A DNA stretch of 54,197 nt, the filler included, from Catajapyx aquilonaris (taxonomy: Eukaryota): assembly GCA_000934665.2 (NCBI GenBank). It is 2 parts of 2 records of this genome, joined end to end, with 100 filler letters (N's around TTAATTAATTAA, not from the genome) between each part and the next. Parts side by side here need not be neighbours in the genome. Positions count along the whole stretch, not along the records: positions 1 to 27,013 come from JYFJ02005129.1; 1 more part is not named here. One strand, given 5' to 3'. Shown one piece after another: positions 1-11,241 of the stretch. Position 1 is the first letter of the stretch, and every line of letters starts with the position of its first letter. Under the pieces are notes generated by a model that was not told the origin of the DNA, ran no database searches, and was given only the letters and a program-made list of their open reading frames with translations. The translations under genes and the position numbers were made by a program.

Positions 1-383
1 TGGGAAGAATTAGGCAGATATCGCTTTTATGTACTTCTCCGACTCTCCTACTCTGCCTAATTCTTCCCAGCCCCAAAGCACGAATGTTTTGAATTAAATT
101 TAATTATCACACATCCCTATGACACGAACCAACCCCCACCTATGGACTGGTTTCTTACTTTTAATCTCACCCAGAGGAAGAATAGTTTTCTGCAGTTACT
201 GCCTATTTTATTAAGAATTAGTTTGTTGTATTGTCCCTGTTCCAAACCTAATGGTAACTAAAACTTCTTTGAAATATATATTTATATATGCCAGAAGTAA
301 TTGTATGGGTACTAACTTTCTAGGTGGGCAGAAAATGAAATGTGGAGGTAGATGGCTGACCAGCCCCCTGTCACTCCTACGAT

Positions 384-608
384 ATGGTAGTGTAATATAA
401 AAGTCTCCGTCCGCGGCGCTGACATGCCGACACAGGGATCTACCGCTACCAGCCATCCGAATCCTAGTCTGCAAACGCCCTCCGAGGAAAGGACGGTTTG
501 GGTTGGTACCGAAGGCGGCCAACCTGAACCGACTCCCCAGTAGATTCCTGTGGGGGGGCACAGCGCCAAATTTCCCGAATGGCGGAGATATTTATATTAC
601 ACTACCAT
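384..608. mobile_element. MITE-like element with ~26-bp imperfect terminal inverted repeats
   Basis: atggtagtgtaatataaaagtctccg (384-409) is near reverse complement of cggagatatttatattacactaccat (583-608); weaker outer inverted match cagccccctgtcac (361-374) / gtgacagggagctg (~630-643). No coding capacity. Confidence 0.6.
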
Positions 609-817
609 CAACACAGGGCTGGGCTGGATGTGACAGGGAGCTGTGGCTGACTAAGTGTATCTCTGTTTAAGCACAATGCAGAGAAATGATACTGTCCTGT
701 GAGGTTAACTTTTACTTACATGTTCAAAACTCAGTCTTCTTTAACTGTTTGTATCTCTATTTTTCTACTGTTCATTTCAAAAATGTAGTCACTTCAACCA
801 GTACAGAATTGTGCAAG

Positions 818-1728
818 TATGAGGGTCGTTCGGAAATGATCCGCACTCGATTTTTTTTTGGCCACTACATGTATCTGCAGAGGCTGAATCACACTTGGGC
901 TGCCTCAATGTATTCTCCACCTAGGTCGATGCACTGCTGCCACCTTCCTGGCAACTTCATAATCGTCTCTCGAAACCAGTCTTTTCGTGCCCTCACCACC
1001 CAGTCATGGACAGCTCCTTGGAGCTCAGCTGCATTGGCAAATCTTCGTCCACGGAGGGGTTCCTTCATCACATCGAGAAGTCCATAGCCAGAAGGTGCCA
1101 GGTCCGGGGTATAGGGTGGGTGTGACAACACAGTGTACCCGAGCTCGAGCAGTGATTGTGTCGTTGTGCGACTTGTGTGAGGCCGCGCGTTGTCGTGCAG
1201 GAGCAACACCTTTCGCGCCCATTTCCCCTTGCTCCATTGCTGAATCCTCCGACGCAGACAACGCAGCAGGATGCAGTAGGTGGCACCAGGGGTGGCACTG
1301 TTCACTGTGGACCCCTGCTCCAGCCAGTCCAGCAGAAGAATTCCCTGTGCATCCCAGAACACTGTTCCCATCCGCTTTCCAGCTGATGGGGCTGCCTTGA
1401 ACTTCTTCGGCCTGGGACTGCCAACGTGTTTCCACTGCATCGACTGGCATTTTTTTCTCCGGCGGGTGGTAGTGGAACCAAGATTTGTCCCCAGTGACGA
1501 GTCTTGCAAAAAACCCTGCAGGATCTGCATCATGAATTTCCAGTAACTCTCAGCACCTCTGGACTCGAACCTCTTTTGTCCGCGCCAGTCTACACCCTCC
1601 TGCATTTCAAGTGGCACTGTCGTTGACCTGATGCGGTGAATATGACAAACTTTTTACAGAGTGTAGGGTGCAGCCACATATGCCCCGACAATAAATCGAG
1701 TGTGGATCTTTTCTGAACAATCCTTGTA
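818..1728 (-). mobile_element. Defective (internally deleted, frameshifted) mariner DNA transposon
   Basis: TA-flanked TIRs tgagggtcgttcggaaatgatccgcactcgattt (820-853) / aaatcgagtgtggatcttttctgaacaatccttg (1693-1726). ORF 889-1617 has mariner motifs QSMQW, VFWD, LLLHDNARPH and HPPYTPDLAPSGY (third catalytic D changed to G); LVTGDKSW lies in another frame; N-terminal HTH region missing. Confidence 0.93.
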
Positions 1729-1956
1729 CCTTATAATTGAAAAATTCTGCTAACATAGGCCTATCAAAAGAAACTCTGCTTCAGTCACTATTACTGGGTA
1801 GCAATAGATTCCAATGTCAATGAGTGAGTGAAGGAGATCAAATGCATTGGGTTTGAAGGGACCACAATTTTTGGGAGATTGACTGAAGGGAGCACATTTG
1901 CAATTTTTTTCTCATCTGTGGTTGGCCAAATGAGTTGTCCTGAGGCCCAGTGCTGA

Positions 1957-3308
1957 ACTGACAAGGGAAGACTGTGACGTGCCACTAACGGATTTGGACA
2001 AAAATCACTCAGTGGGTAAATCACATGCGTAGAATTCCCTGGTGAACGTAAAAACCCACACTTCGCAGCCATTTTCGAGATATGAGTGACGTCAGATCAG
2101 GCGCGCTCAATATAGCGCATCCTCTTGCTCCATTTTTAGACTTTTCATCATCATCGAAAAAAAAACTCTTAGAACGGCTCTGTCTGTCCGTCTGTTGACA
2201 GGTATCAGGGCCTCAACCGCAACAGATAGCGGCAAACTGTTTTCGGATTCGGATTAAACGTGACCTAAATAGGTGTCGTGGCCAAATTCCGGTGACCCGC
2301 CACTTCTGGTTTTCCGGGTTCACTCTATCCACACAAGTCTACTTCAGAGTTTGAGACCAATGCCCCAGTCCCGTGACGGATAATAGGGGTTCTACTGTAA
2401 TCTTTTGTAACAATTTGTAAATTTAGTACTATTAAACTTGAATTAGACTACTCCATCGTCAATGTTACTTTTTGGGGGGAAAAATTACTCATGAAGTTTC
2501 ATACTTGAAAGAATGAGAAAAAGTATATTCTAATCACGCTCACGTGATTTGCCAATCTTCTTTTGTCCCCTACTCCGTCCACTCTTTTTCTAGTCAAGTT
2601 CTTAACCTGATTTTATTTTTGGTTGCACATATTGCAATTCAATGTCATGTGGCAATGCTTTAGCGAGTTTAGCCTAATTTATAAGTTAGTTATACTAAGC
2701 ACAATAAATGGGCAATATATACTGGATCCCTTTATTTACCATATACTATCAGGAGACCCGTTCTTTGCACGGGAATTGATAAATGAGAGAAATATACAGA
2801 ATAGCAGGATACCCGGTATCGATACGATGAGTGTAACGTCACATATCGACATATCGATATATTTTGCATGCGTCGTATAGATGTTACCACGAGTGTTACC
2901 ATGAGTTGACAGATAGATAGCCACAGTTGCTTTGGCTTCTTCTCAATAAAACCTAAAAACCTAAAACCATGAGTTGTTAGCCATGACTCGGGCCTATTTA
3001 GGTCACGTTTAATCCGATCCGAAAACAGTTTGCCGCTATCTGTTGCGGTTGAGGCCCTGATACCTGTCAACAGACGGACAGACAGAGCCGTTCTAAGAGA
3101 CTTTTTTTCGATGATGATAAAAAGTCTAAAATTGGAGCAAGAGGATGCACTATATTGAGCGCGCATGATCTGACGTCACTCGTATCTCGAAAATGGCTGC
3201 GAAGTGTGGGTTTTTATGTTCACCAGTGAATTCTACGCATGTGATTTACCCACTGAGCGATTTTTGTCCAAATCCATTAGTGGCACGTCACGGTCTTCCC
3301 TTGTGAGT
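1957..3308. repeat. Long inverted repeat pair (~315-bp arms 1957-2273 and 2993-3308), foldback/TIR element or two inverted repeat copies
   Basis: actgacaagggaagactgtgacgtgccac...acgtgacctaaatagg is mirrored by cctatttaggtcacgt...gtggcacgtcacggtcttcccttgtgagt with only scattered mismatches; ~720-bp unique spacer. Confidence 0.9.
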
Positions 3309-3540
3309 GTCTGCCTGTCTGCTGCATTAACTAATGCTATAAACACTATTTAAATGTAACGAAAATCCTATACAATGAACCAAATTTCAGTTTCCCGAGA
3401 TTCTATAAAGAGAGAGAATACTGTAGTACAATGTGTGATATGCCTCCTATTCAACTGAAGATTCCCTTGACTTACATCTTCATTGCACATGCCACTTGCA
3501 CTTAATTTTTAGCACACAATTAAATATTATTAACAAATAA

Positions 3541-3649
3541 AAAAACGTATCCAACTGTGTGGTTAGTATGACCATGCTTGGTGGTTGTGTCCCCCTAAAA
3601 ATGGCCAATAGGCCAGATAATGGGGTAAATAAATAAATAAATAAATAAA
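3541..3649 (+). mobile_element. 5'-truncated retroposon (3' tail fragment) with (AAAT)n tail and 14-bp TSD
   Basis: Direct repeat ttattaacaaataa at 3527-3540 and 3650-3663 flanks sequence ending ccccctaaaaatggccaataggccagataatggggta(aata)n, the tail motif shared by local SINEs. Confidence 0.7.
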
Positions 3650-3712
3650 TTATTAACAAATAATGAATCTAACCAATCCAATCCATCCGAGAGCTGTGAA
3701 ACTTCAACTTAC

Positions 3713-5502
3713 ACCATATTTCTTCACTAGATCTATATCAGAAACATCCTTGTCATATATGCAGAGCTGGAAATCATCTAAAACGGTCAGGTAATTGTTG
3801 CTCTCAGGATCATATATAATTGGAGCTGTAATGTTCTTCTTAGTAGTCAGGTTTCCAAGTTGATTTCGATCAGATATCTGAAATAAAATACACTTTACTT
3901 ATAACTCTTTCATCTAATATCTAACCTTTTAAAAATATTACCATATCCCTGAATATACTTCAGAATGCCAGTAAAACCAGGCGACCAGCTTCTGGTCAAC
4001 AAGTTATCAGGTGAAATTTCATTCTTTCTCATACATTGTTCCACACCATGTCTCGTATGACTCTTGGTTTTTGTACCACATATTTTTCTACCCTGTTATA
4101 CTCATACCATTAAAAATCTTACACTTTGATTGGGTTGGGGTGGGGGGGGGGGGGTGTCTGGTGGTTACGCCACTGGCCAGCCAAGCGCGAGGTCTGGCGT
4201 TCAACTCCTGTCCCCATCACCTTCCCTTGGTCAGGTCTTTTTCCGCTTTTCACCTGACATGTCCAGGCAGACTAGCACTCCCTTCTCTGCCCAGGGCCTA
4301 GAAACTAATTAAGAGCATCCTCTCTTGGGACTCCCAACCCCCCTAAAAGGGCCCAAGGCCCTATCACAGGGTATTACAAAAACAAAACAAAAAAACACTA
4401 ACATAAAAATGTTATCCTATGAAATATTATACGAATTTTCCATTCCAATATTTTCCCCTTTTGAGAGGCACAAGCCATCCCCATTGATTTCGATCTGACA
4501 CATCTATGTCCACTTAAGGAAAATCATTAGGCCCACACTACACGTTGGTTGTGCAACAGGCAACTGTTTTATATACACACTTGATCATAAGCAGCAATAT
4601 ATAATATTATATTAATTTTTATTAACCTGCGGGGTCAACCACCCTTTTGCAGATAAGCAGCAATATAATAACTAGAGTCCAGATTTCTAGGCACGAAAAA
4701 CCTCAAATAGGCACAAAAAGTTTACTTTTTCGGGCATATGGAGGATAAGGTTACAGAAATTTAAAAAGCCAATAATAACTTATAGGCCTAAAGTATGAAT
4801 ATAAGGTCACAAACAATAGCAAAAACCTAATAACAACGATAAACTCACAGGAAATCACAAAACTTGGGCAAAAGACACAAAGTGCAAGCAAGTATCACTT
4901 GCTCTGGACTCCACCGCTTATAGCCAGTTTCCACTTGCACCAGACTTCCACAATATGTTGCCAAATATTTTTCCAATCAGAGGAAAATTTAGAAAAATAT
5001 TTGCCATACATGTCACGGAAACATTCGTATTACTTCTGAACGATTTTGGTCCTTTCAGGAGCACAAAAAAATACTCCTCAAAAAACCAAACATGCCTCTG
5101 AAGGAATAGGCCCAAAAAGTCCCGAAATTACTGCAAAAAAAGTTCAAAAACTATCCCAAAACTGGTCAAATAGGCATGAAAAGTCGCAAAAAGGCAGAAT
5201 AGGCAAAATAGTTCCCAAAACCACGAAATAGGCCATTTTAGGCACTATAAAACCTACATTTTCCACATCCTGCACTTAGGACATGGATAGATCTCTTCAC
5301 AAAATGATCCCAACTGTTAAGTAACTAAATAGGCATTTGCCTAAAAAGCCGGACTCGAGTAATAACATACCCTATACTTGACTGCCATCTTGGCTCCCAG
5401 AGTAGCAATAATCGTATCCTGCTGATGATCCGGCATGACTCCAACGAGAGAACCATGCCCGATAAGTGGACACAAATTGAAGCATGCTTGCAACGTCGCC
5501 AT
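3713..5502 (-). CDS. NOL11: Nucleolar protein 11, coding exons 1-2 (partial; further exons not identified in window)
   Basis: Exon 1 5502-5371 (ATG, donor gtatgt) MATLQACFNLCPLIGHGSLVGVMPDHQQDTIIATLGAKMAVKYR; exon 2 3877-3713 (tttcag acceptor, gtaagt donor) ISDRNQLGNLTTKKNITAPIIYDPESNNYLTVLDDFQLCIYDKDVSDIDLVKKYG; both phase 0. Resembles from memory the invertebrate NOL11 N-terminus (LCPL..LLGV..VTLG..RY..SD.KQ..P.IYD). Confidence 0.8.
4150..4395 (+). mobile_element. tRNA-derived SINE, family B copy
   Basis: Head tctggtggttacgccactggccagccaagc...gttcaactcc (A/B-box like), body homologous to 23385-23550 and 24885-25165, 3' tail ccccctaaaagggcccaaggccctatcacagggta plus A-rich end. Confidence 0.8.
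4673..5358. mobile_element. Non-autonomous hAT-like element in NOL11 intron 1
   Basis: TIRs tagagtccagatttctaggca / tgcctaaaaagccggactcga, near-perfect 8-bp TSD ataataac (4665-4672) / gtaataac (5359-5366), repeated aataggc subterminal motifs; related fragment near 8280-8450. Confidence 0.7.
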
Positions 5503-6365
5503 CTTCAATAATGGCGGGGAAAGACGTCACTACTCCTAGCAGGGGCCTTCATACACATAAGGAGCGTGTAGGAGATATAAACATGAACACCGATAGAGAC
5601 GCTGTAGCCAGGGGAAGAAGTCAATTCCTCGTAGATTCCATACCATCCACAGCAGTGACCTTGGAAGTGACTTGGATGGCAGCGCCACGCCTGGCCACGC
5701 GGAGATCACTTGAGAGTCAAATGAACGAGTTTCACTGTGGCCTAGGGCGGAGGACCATCTACACGCCTGTCAACAATTTTCATTGGTTAAAATTTGTTGT
5801 ATAAAAATTAAACTTATTTATAACTCAACAAGTTTCTGGTATTTTCATATGAATTTTTTAACTTAACTGTATGCATGTGGTATCGATAAAGTCGTTTTAA
5901 AGAAACTTCAAAGCGTGCTTCAAAGAGATGTGGCGCACGACATCTAGCGGAACAGAATTTAACAACAAGGGCCCTAAAAAAAATAGAGATCAGGTCACGC
6001 ACTTTACACAAATATATCGGACTACTATTGTCATATTTTAAATATTATATTCTATAGTTGACTATTTTTAAAAGTTCTATACCTTTGGCGTTACAATCCC
6101 AGTGGCCCTGGAAGCGGCTGCGCGGGGGAGTTACACAATTACTGTAGATTTATTTGCTATTTATGAGGCGTTATGAGGTATACCTCTCAAAGGTCTTCGC
6201 AGGTGGTCAATGGGAAATCTAATTTTCCAGCTCCTTGGCCCCACTGTCATTCTCTTCATGCCTTCACCACAGTAGCTATGCCATAACTACACCCTTCCCT
6301 CAACCACACAAGCATGCAAGATACACCATTCCGCGTGTCAGCTGGTTATACGTTGAGGTGAATCG
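5503..6365. promoter_or_regulatory. Probable bidirectional promoter region NOL11/BORCS8
   Basis: Divergent start codons at 5502 (-) and 6366 (+); CpG-rich relative to flanks; DRE TATCGATA at 5881-5888; YY1-like AAGATGGCG overlapping the NOL11 ATG. TSS not determinable. Confidence 0.6.
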
Positions 6366-9300
6366 ATGGTGCAAATAGTGGACGACATGAATCAGACAGG
6401 TATGATTGATTTGAGTTGTTGTGCTGGAAGGCATATGTTTGAATTGCTGAAACTGGCTGTCTTCTGTTGTTGCTTTTATTAGTAGGAGTACTATGAGTGA
6501 GGGATGATGAATGACTGGTGGGAGGGGAGGTGCAAGTGCAATGTTTAAATTGTATGTTTTCCATTTTTCTTCAGGTAGGCATTGTTAGTCACACAGAAAT
6601 CCACCCAAGAGGAAGCTGGAAATGTGTTTTCTACATGCGCATAGTTAATGTTTCTGTTGGAGAAATAGATACGTGTTAATTCCTTTCCAACCTGTATCTT
6701 ATGGATATTCCATGGGAATCAGGACAAAAAAAAAACAGCCTGAAAAATGTAGAGAAATTATTTACCATTACGAATTCACCTTCACATCTGTTTTTTTTAA
6801 AAAAAGCTGTAGTGTATCACGCTCTAAATAGTCTAAAAAGTTAAATCATAATATGATCTTTATGATATGATGTTTTATCATTTATATTTCTAATTTTGAT
6901 ATCAATAACCATTTTCCTTCCCGACTGGAATCAAAGCTGCCATTTTTGCTAATGCATTTTGTATGGGATGTTTCAGAGGCACAGGGTGTTGATTAATTTT
7001 ACTGACAAAGTTCATAGGAGGAGCACATTCAGTAAGGGGAACATTTGAGCCATGCTGCACCTTTGAGTGCTAGGGGACGTCAACGATGCTGGGAAGATTC
7101 CTGGAGGCAGGAAAATATGTCTGTTTGGCATCTTGAGTTGTACAGCATGATTTAGGAGGAGCCTATAATCCTGGAAATTAGACTGATCAGCTTGCACATC
7201 CATATGAAAGATGCCTGCTGAGTGATTTTTTGTCATCATCTTGGTGACCTCTTATGCCCAAAGAAGGTATTGCCAGAAAACAGTTTTCATACTGATGTTG
7301 CTTCTCCAGGACAACCCTCCCCCCCTTACCACCCAACAAAGTTTGTTGTTAGAACTATGAACAGCTCTGCAGGTAATTATGAATATTCTGATGTCCCAAA
7401 ACAAATATGTCCACAATCACTATAGTGAATCACTCAAGATAGTTTACTAGGGCTAGTAACCTCACCAAATTAGCAAAAAGGTGCAGTCCAGATTGTATTA
7501 ACCCTGGAACTGTGGCGTCGGGTCTTTTAGGACCCCAAAGGAATTAAAGTGCATTAAAATTATAATTACAATGAACTTTTGCCATTTAAAAAGAGTATCT
7601 AACAGGAAGTGCATGTTTATTTTGAATTAGAGATCATTTTAGGCATTGTTCAAACAATGATTGCATATAGTCAATACATTGAAAAGTATAATATAAAAAT
7701 TAATAAAAATCAAAATATGGATGGGGTCCTAAAAGACCCCACGTCACGGTTCCCGTAACTTTCACCCATGTTCCAGGGTTAAAAAGATATTTTGCATCAT
7801 CTGAAAGTATTAGGGATAGAGGTGAAATTTACTGGTTATAGTTTTCCCAGGGATAGCATGTCACAACAAGACAGTCTGTGACATTTTGTCAGGGACTAGT
7901 TCATAATCGAAGGAAAACTGCCTGTATGAGTTGTTACAAATTATATTTTATGTTTCAGAAAATGCAGAGTTGCAGACTGTTCCACAGACTGACACTGAGT
8001 TGGAGTCGAAGGTCAAGAAAGGTAAGTGTCATGGTCTCTAATAACATGAACCTTCTCGATCCGGGGAGCCATTCCATTGGCCTTTTTCATTTTTTTACTT
8101 GAGGCACTTTTCTGTGTCGATGGGGGAAATGTCCTGGGGAACAGAGCAGTCCATCTCCGATTAGCCAGCAAATCCTTGACGTCATACAGCTTCTTCGCCA
8201 TTCGCAAGTTGAAGGAGGAGGGATTCCTTGAACGGAAAACCTGCAAAACCGCTCACAAATCTGTAGATCTGCGTCAAAAAGGTGGAAATAGGTGAATATA
8301 GGCCATTTGGGTTCCAATGCCAAAATAGGCTATTTAGGTACTATAAAACTAGGTTTTTTGAGGTCTTTGTGTTATTAAAAGGATAGATATCTTGGTTCCA
8401 GTGTTCTGCCTACAGAATAAAAAGGTAAAAACCTAGAAATCCATTCTTTAGTTATCTGTGTCATTAACATAGGTTTCTCTCGGGCACTAAATGTGAGCTT
8501 TGGTGCACAAATTACCTCCATGAATATTTTTCCTGTATTTAGAGCTTTTATAAGCTTTCAGAGTTTCAGGTAAGCGATTGTGAACCTGTGTTACCAGTCA
8601 TATACGAGGGAGGATCAAATGAAACCTGAATATGGTGTCTACTGTAGCAACTGCATGGGAAAGACAACCATGTGGGAATGGTTCAGGAAATTCCGAAATG
8701 GCAGAGAATCCGCGGACGACCTTCCCCGCAAGCCTGTCATCATTGCGGTTGTGGACAAAGCTGATAAGGGAGGATCGTCGTGGATTCTCTGCCATTTCGG
8801 AATTTCCTGAACCATTCCCAGATGCTTGTCTTTCCCATGCAGTTGCTGCCATATACGGGAATCATCCTCCGATAATTTGCTCCGGTGTATTGCCTTCAGC
8901 CAGCAAAAATTGAGCAACAATGTGTTGATCCCTCTTGGACACGTGAGATAAGGAGCACACCATCTTGGAATGCCTGCGACTTTGGCCGTGGTATGTGCAC
9001 GAAGATTCTGACTCATGCTAATAGGAGGTATCGATACCATATTCCTGTGCTGGCAGTTTCAAATCCATGCCTTAAGTAGTATCAGGTCCAGACGCCATAT
9101 TCGGGTTTCATTTGATCCGCCCTCGTATGTTACAAAATCCCTTAGAATGTATGTTGACTAATTGAATAAATAAGACTGAATTTTATTAACAAAACTGAAC
9201 TGAACCTATTTCTTGCAGCCACAGAGAGAGTGTCAGAAAACATGCACATTGTTGCCAATGAGCCATCATTGGCTTTCTTCCGACTGCAGGAGCATGTTCG

Positions 9301-10892
9301 TAAGTCTCTATCACCAATGGTGGAAAAGAGACTGGAAGTTGCACAGTTACACCACCAGCTCCAGGGACGATGCTACGATGCTGAGTATGCTGTTGGGTAA
9401 GTTTGTTATTGTATTCAATTGTAATGATGAACACACATGCACACACAGTTTTTTCCCTAATTTATCAAGCTGGGGGATTAAGCATTAAAGGAAGTCCCTC
9501 AGGCCTAATTTGGGTCACAGGCATACCTCACTAATAAGGCAGGTTAGACTGCATGTTCATGTGAATACATAAATACAGGTAGTCCCCTGTCTGCGACCGG
9601 GGTTATATATTCCCGAAAATGTCCATAAGTCTGATTTGTACATAACTTGGATCCCTGAGGAACAGCCCATATATACAGCGTAAAGATTCTGCTCCAACAA
9701 ACTGCTGTTTACATGCACGAAGAACATAGTTTACCAATTATATATTTATTATACATTGTTTATGTTGAACTTGGTGTCAGTCAACGTAAACAGAAGTAAT
9801 TAAAAGTGGAGGAATAATTATAAATTTTCCTTCCGTGGATCCTTGGGAGCCCGTTTGTGAGTACAGATCTCCGTAAGTCAGGAAGTTCGTAAACCGGGGA
9901 CTACCTGCATATTCATTACAAGCAACCTAATTGGCAGCAGAGCCATTCCATCACATAGCAACTATCACCATTCACTTACCTGGTATTAATTTCTTTTTTT
10001 TCCAGTCTTATGACAGAAATTTGATAGCCTACATGAAGTCTAGCCATTTTTGTCAGACATCCAGGAAATAAATTTTTGCAGAGACCTAAACACAGAAATT
10101 ATGTCAGTATTATACTTTAAGTGATCCATTGTTTCACAGACTCGAAATCATTTGAAAATGTTTTGAACCCGATCAGAAATTCATAAATTGGCCTCATTTT
10201 TATGCATTAAATGTGGGTGATGTAATAACTTTTCACAGGTGTAACTCTTATTAGCAGTACATTAAGACTTTTTATATTTTAGGGCAGTGCGTTCTATACA
10301 CAACTCAAGTGCCACCTTTGCCAACATCCAAGAAGTGCTGAAGAATGCCATATTTAGTCGTCAGCAGCTTCGTTATGAGGAATCAAGGAGGTAGAGCACA
10401 TTACATACTTTGACTAATTTTTTGAAGCACTTAATTTGGTTTCTTGTGCCATTTTGCTTGATGTTTATTAGCTAGAATATCCTTCAATGCTGCCACTGAG
10501 TTAGATGCCACCCATCCTGTTTGAGTTTTTCTGGCCCCAGGTATCACTATTTTGGTTGCAATTTGCTATTCACCAACTTACTGTGCATTGGCATATTTAA
10601 CACACTTTGTTTTGGCAACAGGCAACGGAAGGAGCCCTCTGTTTACAAGCGACTTTCAGCACACTTGTCCTTGGACTTACCAGACCTGCCAGAATTGTCA
10701 GATGCATGGCGTGAGACTGCATCTCGGGTAGAGTCAGTCTTGGCACAAGCCCGTGCAGGACATCACCATTCTGCCTCTGCAGCACATGTGCAGACACACC
10801 CTTCAGATCCTAATTCAAGCACTACCCCTGCCCCTCCCAAGACTCCTTCGCAGGAGGAACACAGCCGGCAGCACGCATCTCGAAAACAGTGA
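6366..10892 (+). CDS. BORCS8: BLOC-1-related complex subunit 8 (MEF2BNB homologue), 5 coding exons, ~217 aa
   Basis: Exons 6366-6399 (alternative ATG 6387), 7959-8021, 9219-9396, 10283-10390, 10622-10892; all GT-AG, phases compatible, total 654 nt. Protein ...ELESKVKKATERVSENMHIVANEPSLAFFRLQEHVRKSL...QGRCYDAEYAVGAVRSI...FANIQEVLKNAI matches the BORCS8 signature (ANEPS.A.YRLQEHVR.SL). First exon less certain. Confidence 0.92.
7502..7778. mobile_element. piggyBac-type MITE
   Basis: TTAA on both sides (7498-7501, 7779-7782), TIRs ccctggaac / gttccaggg, subterminal inverted repeat gggtcttttaggacccc / ggggtcctaaaagaccc. Confidence 0.85.
8603..9127. mobile_element. Mariner-derived non-autonomous element with internal inverted duplication
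   Basis: TA-flanked TIRs cgagggaggatcaaatgaaacctgaatatggtgtct / agacgccatattcgggtttcatttgatccgccctcg; internal palindrome ~8646-8847 encoding the mariner HTH-like segment WEWFRKFRNGRES on both strands. Confidence 0.85.
9576..9907. mobile_element. pogo/Tigger-like MITE
   Basis: TIRs caggtagtcccc / ggggactacctg, preceded by TA and followed by CA (decayed TA). Confidence 0.7.
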
Positions 10893-11241
10893 TGTGGGAA
10901 TATTGCTTGTGAGGCTCAGTTGCATCAGGCATGCAACATGTCATCAGTCAGTCCATAGTGGTACAGGTGCAACAGCAAGATTATGTAATGGACTTTCATT
11001 GTATTCCTAGTCAGTAGAAAATTCCAATCATTTGAGCCATAAAGGATCCTTTGCAGAATTATTTTTTCTTGAACCCCTGTAATTTTTAGTGGATGCCGTT
11101 CCTAATATTACAAGATTGTGATTAACGTTGGTATTTTCATTCGTCCCCTCTGCAGAGATTATTGTTATCCGGCAGTAGCATATCTGAAAAATGTGGCAAT
11201 AATATAGAATAATCACAGAAATTGGTGAGCATGACATTTAT

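Noticed and set aside
889..1617. Functional transposase or SETMAR-like domesticated gene
   Set aside because: Frameshift separates the first catalytic Asp, third Asp mutated, DNA-binding region deleted, TIRs still present.
2274..2992. NOL11 exon 3 looped out between the inverted arms
   Set aside because: Candidate AG/GT-bounded frames gave no NOL11-like peptide.
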